A stretch of DNA of 32,000 nucleotides. It comes from Synechococcales cyanobacterium (GTDB taxonomy: Bacteria > Cyanobacteriota > Cyanobacteriia > Leptolyngbyales > Leptolyngbyaceae). Positions within the stretch are counted from its first letter, which is position 1, and each line of letters starts with the position of its first letter. Under the pieces are notes generated by a model. It was not told where the DNA came from. It saw only the letters and a program-made list of their open reading frames with translations, and searched no databases. Positions 24,066 through 32,000 of the stretch are shown here, piece by piece. The translations under genes were made by a program, and so were the position numbers. The stretch is taken from the NCBI GenBank assembly GCA_043787635.1, contig JAYVUU010000133.1, forward strand, positions 25,575 to 57,574, in the 5' to 3' direction.

Positions 24066-24113
24066 ATCAAGCAATCTGCGATCATTTAATCATTCACAGT
24101 TTAATCATTCATA

Positions 24114-24587
24114 ATGGAAGACACAATAATGATAGATGGATTGCGATCGGTTAACTCTAGTGAGATTTCTGAGAGTGCTGTTAATTCAAATCCCATTCAT
24201 CCGATCGTTTTTTTTGATGGGGAATGTGTGATGTGTAATGGCTTTTTAGATTGGATGATGGTAATCGATCGGGATATGAGACTCCGAGTATCACCGCTTC
24301 AAGGCGAAACAGCTCAAAGACTTTTACCACCGTTGCCCCACAATTCTGATGAATGGTCAATCTATTACCTGGACGAAGTAGGTTTGCATTCACAATCTGA
24401 GGCTGTTGTTCAAATCTTGCGTCGATTGGGTGGAGTCTGGGCAATGTTGAGTATGGGCGGAGTGATTCCATTAGCACTACGAGATACTATTTATCGCATT
24501 GTCGCCAGTAATCGCTATCGTATACTAGGAAAGCGGGAGACCTGTCGGGTGCCGAGTGAAGACGTTCGATCGCGCTTCTTGCCGTAA
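24114..24587 (+). CDS. DCC-family thiol-disulfide oxidoreductase (DUF393)
   Basis: VFFDGECVMCNGFLDWM carries the DxxCxxC signature, and the C-terminal YRIVASNRYR motif is present. Confidence 0.8.
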   Translation: MEDTIMIDGLRSVNSSEISESAVNSNPIHPIVFFDGECVMCNGFLDWMMVIDRDMRLRVSPLQGETAQRLLPPLPHNSDEWSIYYLDEVGLHSQSEAVVQILRRLGGVWAMLSMGGVIPLALRDTIYRIVASNRYRILGKRETCRVPSEDVRSRFLP

Positions 24588-24659
24588 TTGCCGAATAATT
24601 GCCGATCGAATGGTGGGGCTTTCTGCAAAATCTCGGTAAAGGGCTTAAAAAGTAGCATT

Positions 24660-25865
24660 TTACGCATTTGCTCGATTGCGAATTTCCCAAGCAGATTGAA
24701 GAAGTTTGCTCCAGCGTTTATGGACTTGTTTTGGGGTGCAACCGATCGCCGTTGCAATGTCGTTATCACTGGCGTTATTACGTTTTAGATCCAAGAGTTG
24801 ACGCAGGTCCGGAGTCAGGTCAGCGCAGAATCTATTCCAAAGCTGTGGACCCATACCCAGATTGTGGTTGAGGTCAGCACCCAACCATTCATGCACAAGT
24901 TCCCAATTGTGATTCATGGCAAACTTTTCGATGTGATATTTAAATCGCTGTTGTAAATAATCCCGTTCGCGAGACGTGAGACCGAGAATATCGTCAATTT
25001 CTGCCACCGACAAATCCTGTAGCTTGAGGCTGAGGTAGTCGATGCAGCGCTGTTGATTTTGGGATTTCAGATAGCTGACCAACTCGCTAATGATCCGATC
25101 GCGCAATCCCCCATCTTCTGATTCATTACCGTTATCGTCCGATACCATTTTTTCGCGAATCATTTGCATGACGGGCGATCGGCCATAGGCATCCGACTCA
25201 CCGTCTTTAGCAGAATCCATCGCCGTTTCAATATCTACCGCAATTTCGTTGGGTTGGCGATTGGAAAAACTGCTGGCCCGCAGGATGACGAGTTGTTGAC
25301 TATTGCGACCGGGGAGATTGATGCGGCGTTTGGCATATTGCTCCGTGAAAGCCATGTATTCTGCGAGCTGTAGTTTCGTTCGGGGTTGGTAATCTTCTGC
25401 AAGCTGGTTCTCCCGCCGGAACACTCGTAACGATTCGGTGTAGAAACCCTGTAAAAAATCTTCAATTAACGTATAACGTCCCTGAAATCCGAGTTGAAGG
25501 TGGGCGGGGGCGATCGATCGGTAGACCATGGAGCTAAGAATACTGTGCAATTCGATTCGGCCTCGACGGGATCCAAGGCGATAATATTGCACGCATTTGT
25601 CGATGCGATAGCGAGAAAGAGTCAACCGCCAAGACGTGACCTCGCCTGATTTTTGAATCCGATCGCTCTTGGCACAAATCCGCTCAACTTCAACAGCAAT
25701 GCGAGCGCTGAGACCATAGGTTGTCGCTGTTGGTTTAATCGCGAGGGCTTCAGTCAGTTCAGATTCCAGCAGCGCCGTCAGTTTTTCGGTATCAAAGGTT
25801 AGCGCAATGGGTTCGCGGGAAACGGAGTGGATCGATGGATGGGACAGGGTTGCGGTAGTGTTCAT
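24660..25865 (-). CDS. HetZ-like / HetZ-related putative DNA-binding regulator
   Basis: 401 aa. The central block YYRLGSRRGRIELHSILSSMVYR and two C-terminal sigma-70 region-4-like HTH segments (LSVAEIDDILGLTSRERDYLQQRF and NDIATAIGCTPKQVHKRWSKLL) resemble what I recall of HetZ-family proteins. No patU5 or patU3 neighbour is present. Confidence 0.5.
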   Translation of the reverse strand: MNTTATLSHPSIHSVSREPIALTFDTEKLTALLESELTEALAIKPTATTYGLSARIAVEVERICAKSDRIQKSGEVTSWRLTLSRYRIDKCVQYYRLGSRRGRIELHSILSSMVYRSIAPAHLQLGFQGRYTLIEDFLQGFYTESLRVFRRENQLAEDYQPRTKLQLAEYMAFTEQYAKRRINLPGRNSQQLVILRASSFSNRQPNEIAVDIETAMDSAKDGESDAYGRSPVMQMIREKMVSDDNGNESEDGGLRDRIISELVSYLKSQNQQRCIDYLSLKLQDLSVAEIDDILGLTSRERDYLQQRFKYHIEKFAMNHNWELVHEWLGADLNHNLGMGPQLWNRFCADLTPDLRQLLDLKRNNASDNDIATAIGCTPKQVHKRWSKLLQSAWEIRNRANA

Positions 25866-26231
25866 GGTAGGTTCTTCTCGTTCGGCACATCTTTCACTAC
25901 GGACAGAGGCGAGGCTATTTCCCAGGATCTAGGCCAGTTTGTCTAGTGGCTTTGCTGAAATCGTCCTGAAATTTTGTAACCTAGGCTAGCTAAGGCGTTA
26001 GGGGTGTATTGAAATTTGATTACGATCGCTTAATATGCCAATTATTGGACCAATTCTTAATCTGTGCCAGTTGAGGGGCAATTTGAGGGCAGCGATCGGT
26101 AGCCGTTAATATTTTGGGAGTTGGAGTTGAGATTTTGGATAGCAAGAGGTAATCCGCCTCAATAGACCAGATAGAATATTTACACGTAGCAAGTATTGCT
26201 ACGGTTTAAATTAACACCCACTGAATTAATC

Positions 26232-26705
26232 ATGCCGAACATTTCTAATATCATTGTCAAAACCATCACAGGTGAAGACAAGAATCTCTCTGACTACGCA
26301 GGTAATGTGGTGCTTTGCGTGAACGTCGCATCTTACTGTGGATATACGGGGCAGTACAGCGGGCTGGAGGCGTTGAATAAGGAGTATGGAGCCAAGGGGC
26401 TGAAGGTTTTAGGCTTCCCCTGTAATGACTTCGGTGCTCAGGAGCCAGATAGTAATGAGAAGATTGCGACGTTTTGTGAAACTAGCTATGGGGTGACGTT
26501 TGAGATGTTTGACAAGGTGAAGGTTTTGGGTAGTGGCAAACATCCGCTTTATGATGAATTGACGACGACTGCTCCGGCTGGTGATGTGAAGTGGAATTTT
26601 GAGAAGTTCTTGGTCAATAAAAAGGGCGAAGTGATTGGCCGTTATCCCAGTAGTGCAACTCCTGCGAGTTTATCTGGGACGATCGAGGCTGAGTTGGCAA
26701 AATAG
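26232..26705 (+). CDS. gpx: Glutathione peroxidase-like peroxiredoxin (Cys type)
   Basis: VLCVNVASYCGYTGQY, LGFPCNDFGAQEP and WNFEKFLV are the three GPx signature blocks. I place the start at ATG 26232, since the ORF-track start at 26196 is a TTG. Confidence 0.9.
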   Translation: MPNISNIIVKTITGEDKNLSDYAGNVVLCVNVASYCGYTGQYSGLEALNKEYGAKGLKVLGFPCNDFGAQEPDSNEKIATFCETSYGVTFEMFDKVKVLGSGKHPLYDELTTTAPAGDVKWNFEKFLVNKKGEVIGRYPSSATPASLSGTIEAELAK

Positions 26706-26761
26706 GAAACCTACTTGTCCCCCTTGGTAAGATTGCTGTCTAGTACTGCTATTAGCATTGA

Positions 26762-26882
26762 AACCCGATCCCCCTAGCCCCCTTGAAAAGGGGGAACAAG
26801 AGTAAGTAAAAAGGGGAGCAAGAGCAAGCCTTATTTCATAGTCCCCCTTTTTAAGGGGGATTTAGGGGGATCGGGTCTATCG
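26762..26882. repeat. MITE-like palindromic repeat (family 1), inverted relative to the copy at 18585-18684
   Basis: Its reverse complement shares an identical run of about 53 nt with the first copy (cgatagacccgatccccctaaatcccccttaaaaagggggactatgaaataag) and the same terminal repeats. It also has an extra internal unit of about 23 nt. Confidence 0.8.
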
Positions 26883-26901
26883 AAATAACCAAAAATCTAA
26901 A

Positions 26902-28707
26902 ATGACAATGAGAATTTTCCTGCGTCAAATCTCGCGTCTCAAATTCATCACGGACCGATCGGTCAGATTCCTAGCGGGAATCCTCATTGTCCTGGGTCTC
27001 ACACTTCAACTCGCTGCTTGCAATCCCAACAGTCTCACGCCAAAATCGCAAATTGTTCTGGCTCAACTCGGCAATCCTAAAACGTTTAATCCAGCGCTGG
27101 CAAATGAGTTGCCGATCGTCTACGCCTACACTCACGAAAGTTTGATTGGTGAAAATGGCATTACTAAAGAACTCGAAGCGGCATTGGCAGAGAAATGGGA
27201 ATTTTCGACCGATCGTCGCACCATTACTTTCACCCTGCGTCCTGATTTGAAATGGTCGGATGGTAAACCACTGACCGCTGATGATGTGGTGTTCACATTT
27301 CAAGATATTTTCTTTAATCCTGATATTCCCAGCGACGCTCAAGATACCTTTCGGATTGGTAAAGAGAAGAAATTTCCGGCGGTGAACAAGCTGGACGATC
27401 GGCGTATTGCTATTATTTCCCCTGAATCGTTTGCGCCTTTGCTTCGTCAAATGGGTTCTGCTCCGATTTTGCCGAAACATATTCTAGAACGCACTGTTAA
27501 AAATAAAAAAGACGGCAAATTAGAATTTATGTCTACTTGGGGCATTGGAACTCCGCCAAAAGATATTGTCTGTAGTGGAATGTATACGTTTGAGAACTAT
27601 GTCCCAAATCAACGTCTAACGTTTAAAAAGAATCCTTACTATTGGCGTAAAGATACAAAGGGCGGCGCAATGCCCTATATCGATCGGATTGTTTGGAAGT
27701 CTGTAGACAATCAAGATACGTCTATGATGCAATTCCGATCGGGTGGTCCTGATTTGGTTGAACCGATTCGTCCTGAAGATTTTGGTTTGCTTAAGTCTGA
27801 AGAAAAACGCGGTAAATTTACGGTTCAAGTGGGCGGATTACGTCAGGGATTTAATTATCTAACATTCAATCTGAATCAGGGAAAACGTAATGGTAAACCA
27901 TTGGTTGATCCTATTAAGTCTGAATGGTTTAACAAAGTAGAATTTAGGCAAGCGATCGCCTATGGGTTGGATCTCGATCGTATGGTTAATAATCTTTATC
28001 GTGGGATCGGCGATCGGGTTCATTCCAGCGTCCCGACTCTCAGCCCATTTTATCTATCTCCTGAAAAAGGTCTCAAAACCTATTCCTACAATCCAGAGAA
28101 AGCTAAGGAATTATTGAAGAAAGCAGGCTTTGTTTACAACAATAAAAATGAACTGTTGGATGCGGCTGGAAATCGGGTGAAGTTTACAATTGCGACTAAT
28201 GCTGAAAATGCCCTGCGGGCTAAAATGGTGGCTCAAATCAAACAAGATTTAGGCAAAATTGGAATGGAAGTTTCACTTAATCAATTAGCCTTTGGAGTAT
28301 TGATTGAAAAAATGGAGAATGCAATGGATTGGGAGGCGGTATTGATGGGCTTTGGTAGTGGCGGGGCTGATCCCCATGGTGGGAGCAATATTTGGTTGAC
28401 CGATGCTCAGTCGCACCATTTCAACCGCAAACCATCCGCAGAATCTCCGAAACTTGAAGGGCGTGTGGTTTCAGATTGGGAGAAGAAGATTGAGGATTTA
28501 TATATTAAAGGATCTCAAGAAATGGATGAAGTGAAGCGTAAATCAATTTATAACGAGTTTCAGCAAATTGCTCAAGAAGAACTACCCTTTATTTATTTGG
28601 TGAATGCCAGAATTATGGCTGCAACCCGCGATCGGATTAAAGGAATTCAATATCCAGAAGGTGGCGATGCGTTGTGGAATCTCCATGAATTAAATACGGT
28701 AGACTAG
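26902..28707 (+). CDS. ABC transporter substrate-binding lipoprotein, family 5 (peptide/nickel, DppA/OppA/NikA-like)
   Basis: It has a signal peptide with lipobox LQLAAC. Conserved family-5 blocks are present (LAEKWEFS.D....TFTLRPDLKWSDG.PLTADDVVFT and NPYYWRKD). Confidence 0.88.
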   Translation: MTMRIFLRQISRLKFITDRSVRFLAGILIVLGLTLQLAACNPNSLTPKSQIVLAQLGNPKTFNPALANELPIVYAYTHESLIGENGITKELEAALAEKWEFSTDRRTITFTLRPDLKWSDGKPLTADDVVFTFQDIFFNPDIPSDAQDTFRIGKEKKFPAVNKLDDRRIAIISPESFAPLLRQMGSAPILPKHILERTVKNKKDGKLEFMSTWGIGTPPKDIVCSGMYTFENYVPNQRLTFKKNPYYWRKDTKGGAMPYIDRIVWKSVDNQDTSMMQFRSGGPDLVEPIRPEDFGLLKSEEKRGKFTVQVGGLRQGFNYLTFNLNQGKRNGKPLVDPIKSEWFNKVEFRQAIAYGLDLDRMVNNLYRGIGDRVHSSVPTLSPFYLSPEKGLKTYSYNPEKAKELLKKAGFVYNNKNELLDAAGNRVKFTIATNAENALRAKMVAQIKQDLGKIGMEVSLNQLAFGVLIEKMENAMDWEAVLMGFGSGGADPHGGSNIWLTDAQSHHFNRKPSAESPKLEGRVVSDWEKKIEDLYIKGSQEMDEVKRKSIYNEFQQIAQEELPFIYLVNARIMAATRDRIKGIQYPEGGDALWNLHELNTVD

Positions 28708-28746
28708 GCGGCTAGATTGGTTGTGAAGTTCTGAAACTGGGGTGAG

Positions 28747-30534
28747 ATGATGGGACGACGAAGGATAACGCGATCGGTGATGGCTGGATTTCTATTGTCG
28801 ATCGTATTGCTTTCATGCCGATCGTCCGATCGCCCCAATCCGACTAATACTCTCCATCTTTTGACTCCAACAGATCCCAAAACATTTAATTACGCCAACA
28901 GTGCTTCAGTTCCGAATGTGTTTTTGTTTAGTCATGAAGGGTTGACCCGTGAGAATGGGGCGACGGGTGAAGTAATACCGGGATTGGCTGAGAAATGGGA
29001 GTTTTCTGCCGATCGTAAACAAGTTATATTCACATTGCGACCTGATCTTAAATGGTCCGATGGCGTTGTATTGAATGCTGATGATGTGGTGTTTACGTAT
29101 AACGATATTGTATTTAATCCTAAGATTCCGATCGAAGCTAAAGATCAAATTAGAGTGGGGGATAAAGGCGAGTTTCCTAAGGTTCGCAAATTAGACGATC
29201 GGCGAATTGAATTTATATTTCCTGAGCCATTTTCACCGTTTTTACACACCACTACAGGCGGTCGCACCGGGTCGGTTGCTATTCTTCCAAAACATAAACT
29301 AGAGCCATTAGTTAAGACATTCGATAGCAAAGGCAATCCTAAATTTATTAGTCATTGGGGCACCGATACGCCTCCGAATGATTTAGTGGTAAATGGTCCC
29401 TATCAAATTGAGAGTTATATCACCGGGCAACGGGTTATTTATAAACGGAATCCTCACTATTGGCGTAAAGATGCTGATGGGAAAGCATTACCGAAATTCG
29501 ATCGGATCATTTGGCAAGTGATTGAAAATCAAGATACCCAACTGATGAAATTCCGATCGGGCGATTTAGACATAATGGGCGATTCTCGGCCTTTGAAAGC
29601 AGAATATTATGCATTGCTGAAGCAAGAAGAGAAACGGGGGAATTTCCAAGTTTTAGACGGTGGACCTTGGTCTGGGGTATTGCAGTTTGTATTTAATCTG
29701 AGTACTTCAAAAGATGCGAGTGGAAAGCCCTTTGTTGAAGTGAAGAAATCGCGCTGGTTTAATATGAAATCGTTTCGCCAAGCGATCGCCTATAGTATTG
29801 ATAAAGAACGAATTAATACTAATATTTTTCGCGGCGTTGGTGTGGTTCAAAACTCGCCCATTTCGGTTCAAAGCCCATTCTTCCTTTCACCTGAACAAGG
29901 ATTGAAGACCTATCCTTATAGCTTAGACAAAGCTAGAAAACTTCTGACTGATGCGGGATTCAAATACAATGATAAAGGTGAACTTTTTGACGATCGGGGC
30001 GATCGGGTTGAATTTAACTTAATTACTAATGCAAATAATTTAGTACGTGTTGCGATCGGATCTCAGATTCAACAAGACTTAAAAAAGATTGGCATAAAAC
30101 TGAATTTTCAGGCGATTAACTTTAGTGTTCTGGTGGGCAAAATCAATGATTCCCGTGAATGGGATACCCATATGATTGGCTTTGAGGGTGGAGTTGAACC
30201 GCATTTGGTTTCTAATCTCTGGTTAAGTAGTGGCGGGTCTCACTCATTTAATCTTAAACAACAAGCAGGACAGCCCGAAATTAAAGACTACGCCCCAAAA
30301 CCCTTTGAAGTAGAGATCGATCGGCTTTTCCGAGAAGGGGCACGGGAATTTGAACCCAGCAAACGACGTAAAATTTATAGTGAATTTCAGCAATTGATCC
30401 AAGAAGAACTGCCTATTATTCATTTGGTCAACGATCGGGCATTCATGGTTGTGCGTAAAGACATTCAAGGTTTGAATTATAATGGTCTCCCCTTTTGGGG
30501 ATTGTGGAATATTGATGAGGTTTATCGTAAATGA
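28747..30534 (+). CDS. ABC transporter substrate-binding lipoprotein, family 5; tandem paralogue of the preceding gene
   Basis: It has lipobox VLLSC and the same blocks (LAEKWEFSADRKQVIFTLRPDLKWSDGVVLNADDVVFT and NPHYWRKD). Its stop overlaps the larB start as ATGA. Confidence 0.88.
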   Translation: MMGRRRITRSVMAGFLLSIVLLSCRSSDRPNPTNTLHLLTPTDPKTFNYANSASVPNVFLFSHEGLTRENGATGEVIPGLAEKWEFSADRKQVIFTLRPDLKWSDGVVLNADDVVFTYNDIVFNPKIPIEAKDQIRVGDKGEFPKVRKLDDRRIEFIFPEPFSPFLHTTTGGRTGSVAILPKHKLEPLVKTFDSKGNPKFISHWGTDTPPNDLVVNGPYQIESYITGQRVIYKRNPHYWRKDADGKALPKFDRIIWQVIENQDTQLMKFRSGDLDIMGDSRPLKAEYYALLKQEEKRGNFQVLDGGPWSGVLQFVFNLSTSKDASGKPFVEVKKSRWFNMKSFRQAIAYSIDKERINTNIFRGVGVVQNSPISVQSPFFLSPEQGLKTYPYSLDKARKLLTDAGFKYNDKGELFDDRGDRVEFNLITNANNLVRVAIGSQIQQDLKKIGIKLNFQAINFSVLVGKINDSREWDTHMIGFEGGVEPHLVSNLWLSSGGSHSFNLKQQAGQPEIKDYAPKPFEVEIDRLFREGAREFEPSKRRKIYSEFQQLIQEELPIIHLVNDRAFMVVRKDIQGLNYNGLPFWGLWNIDEVYRK

Positions 30535-31301
30535 CTATGAATTCTGTTGAAGGGTTGCGATCGTTGTTAGATGCAGTTTCTAAGGGTGAATTAAGTTCTG
30601 ATTTAGCACTGGAATCATTAAAAAATCTAAGCTTTGAAAAGGTTGGGGATTTTGCCCATATTGATCATCATCGAGCACTGCGAACTGGGTTTCCAGAAGT
30701 GATTTGGGGATTGGGGAAAACGCCACAGCAAATCGCCCAAATCATGAATGCAATGCGCGATCGGTCGAATACGATTATGGTGACTCGGATTGAACCGAAT
30801 GTTTTTGCTGAAATCAAACAATTACTGCCGGATGTGGTGTACTACGATCGTGCCAGAATTTGTGCGTTACAAGTGGTAGTGCCCTCTCGATTGGGGCTTG
30901 TGACCATTTTGACGGCGGGGACGGCTGATTTGCCTGTGGCGGAAGAGGCTGCGGTAACGATCGAGTTGGCAGGGTTTGGCGTTCGACGGCTTTGGGATGT
31001 AGGGGTGGCGGGAATTCATCGGTTGTTGGCGCAGCGGGAGCTGATTGATGAGGCGCAGGTCTTGATTGTGGTGGCAGGCATGGAGGGCGCATTACCCAGC
31101 GTTGTGGGCGGGCTGGCGGATTGTCCGGTGATTGCGGTGCCGACGAGTGTGGGCTATGGGGCGAGTTTTGGCGGGGTTGCGGCGCTGTTAGGAATGTTGA
31201 ATTCCTGTGCGTCCGGGATTGGGGTGGTGAATATTGATAATGGGTTTGGGGCGGCGATGTTGGCGTGTCAGATCTTGCGGGGTTGGGAGAAGGGGAATTG
31301 A
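30531..31301 (+). CDS. larB: Nickel-pincer cofactor biosynthesis protein LarB (PurE-like carboxylase/hydrolase)
   Basis: The N-terminal DHHR..RTGFPEVIWGLGKT block and the PurE-like C-terminal half (ILTAGTADLPVAEEA and VVAGMEGALPSVVGG) are LarB hallmarks. The start is either ATG 30531 or ATG 30537. Confidence 0.8.
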   Translation: MTMNSVEGLRSLLDAVSKGELSSDLALESLKNLSFEKVGDFAHIDHHRALRTGFPEVIWGLGKTPQQIAQIMNAMRDRSNTIMVTRIEPNVFAEIKQLLPDVVYYDRARICALQVVVPSRLGLVTILTAGTADLPVAEEAAVTIELAGFGVRRLWDVGVAGIHRLLAQRELIDEAQVLIVVAGMEGALPSVVGGLADCPVIAVPTSVGYGASFGGVAALLGMLNSCASGIGVVNIDNGFGAAMLACQILRGWEKGN

Positions 31302-31655
31302 AACTCTCTGAGAGTAATTTACGGCTGTGTGAGTAGTGGTACTCTAGGGCAATTTTTGAAACTTGAAGAACAAACTGCGACGATCAAGCTGAAAGATTAC
31401 GGTATTGATCCGATCTAAAAAAGTGCTTCAAACAGCCCTCCTGAGAAATTCAAATCAAACCATGGTCTCAGAACAATACGATCGTTCTGCCACATCGTGA
31501 AAACTTCACAACTCTCTGTAATCCCTGTACTGACTCCGATCGCGAGAATTACTCATCGGTAATAAGTTATGTTCATTCGTGATCAAGATCACTGACAAAA
31601 ATAGTTGTGATACTTATAATTCTGGTTGAAGAAATAGCAATTAAGCTCAAAAAAT

Positions 31656-32000
31656 ATGAAGTTTAATCCAATTGGGATTGCTCTGACGATCGCAGTTCTA
31701 TCGATTCCCTTTGTGGCTCAAGCCGACACTCGAAAAGCCTATTGTGAGTATTTTCCCAATGGCTCTAGGAAACCGAAAGTATCGATGTCATGCACGTTTT
31801 CAATGGGTCAAGGCAACATTAGTGTTCGCTGGGCAGATGGTGTATCCGATGATTTTATGCTCATTCCTGGACGTGACATGGTTTACAGGGACAATCGCGG
31901 TAGACTTGTCTATCAACAGCGTGGTGAAAAGCAAGCCGACGGCAGCAGGTCCAGAATTATGAAAATGGAAAATGGTTCGATTCATATTTGGGGAAGTTAG
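31656..32000 (+). CDS. Small secreted hypothetical protein
   Basis: 114-aa ORF with signal peptide MKFNPIGIALTIAVLSIPFVAQA and two cysteines. The stop is at 31998-32000. I recognise no family. Confidence 0.5.
   Translation: MKFNPIGIALTIAVLSIPFVAQADTRKAYCEYFPNGSRKPKVSMSCTFSMGQGNISVRWADGVSDDFMLIPGRDMVYRDNRGRLVYQQRGEKQADGSRSRIMKMENGSIHIWGS

Overview
This is a cyanobacterial chromosomal segment. The HIP1 octamer GCGATCGC and its core CGATCG occur throughout. All homology calls below come from motifs I recognise by eye, since no searches were run.

Most of the window is housekeeping: pdhA (partial), tRNA-Thr, dusA, an rlmD-like methyltransferase, trmD, tatA, dps, a fused Dpp/Opp-type ABC ATPase, an ArsA/Get3-like ATPase, petG, tRNA-Val, an M20 amidohydrolase, a family-4 UDG, glutathione peroxidase, two tandem family-5 solute-binding lipoproteins and larB.

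Four things stand out.

1. Next to tRNA-Val, a 125-aa helical module (16187-16564) and an NB-ARC + TPR STAND/NLR-like ATPase (16604-18505) share one reading frame. A single TGA separates them. The NLR part has no ATG start that would keep its conserved lead-in. Its TPR array is four near-identical 126-bp units that differ almost only by multi-nucleotide changes in a few codons. This is my best candidate for an undescribed conflict or signalling system.

2. An AT-rich, HIP1-poor islet (about 4480-6640) carries an AAA_21-type ATPase and an RloB/Toprim-like protein, an AbiL-like defence pair.

3. That islet abuts a decayed nrtP remnant. The remnant lies downstream of an intact nirA, which is fused to a [2Fe-2S] ferredoxin domain and driven by a canonical NtcA-type promoter.

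4. There are two short repeat families, one MITE-like with terminal inverted repeats. There are also unexplained perfect palindromes in promoter regions.

tatA and petG fall below the length cutoff of the ORF track and were found by hand translation.
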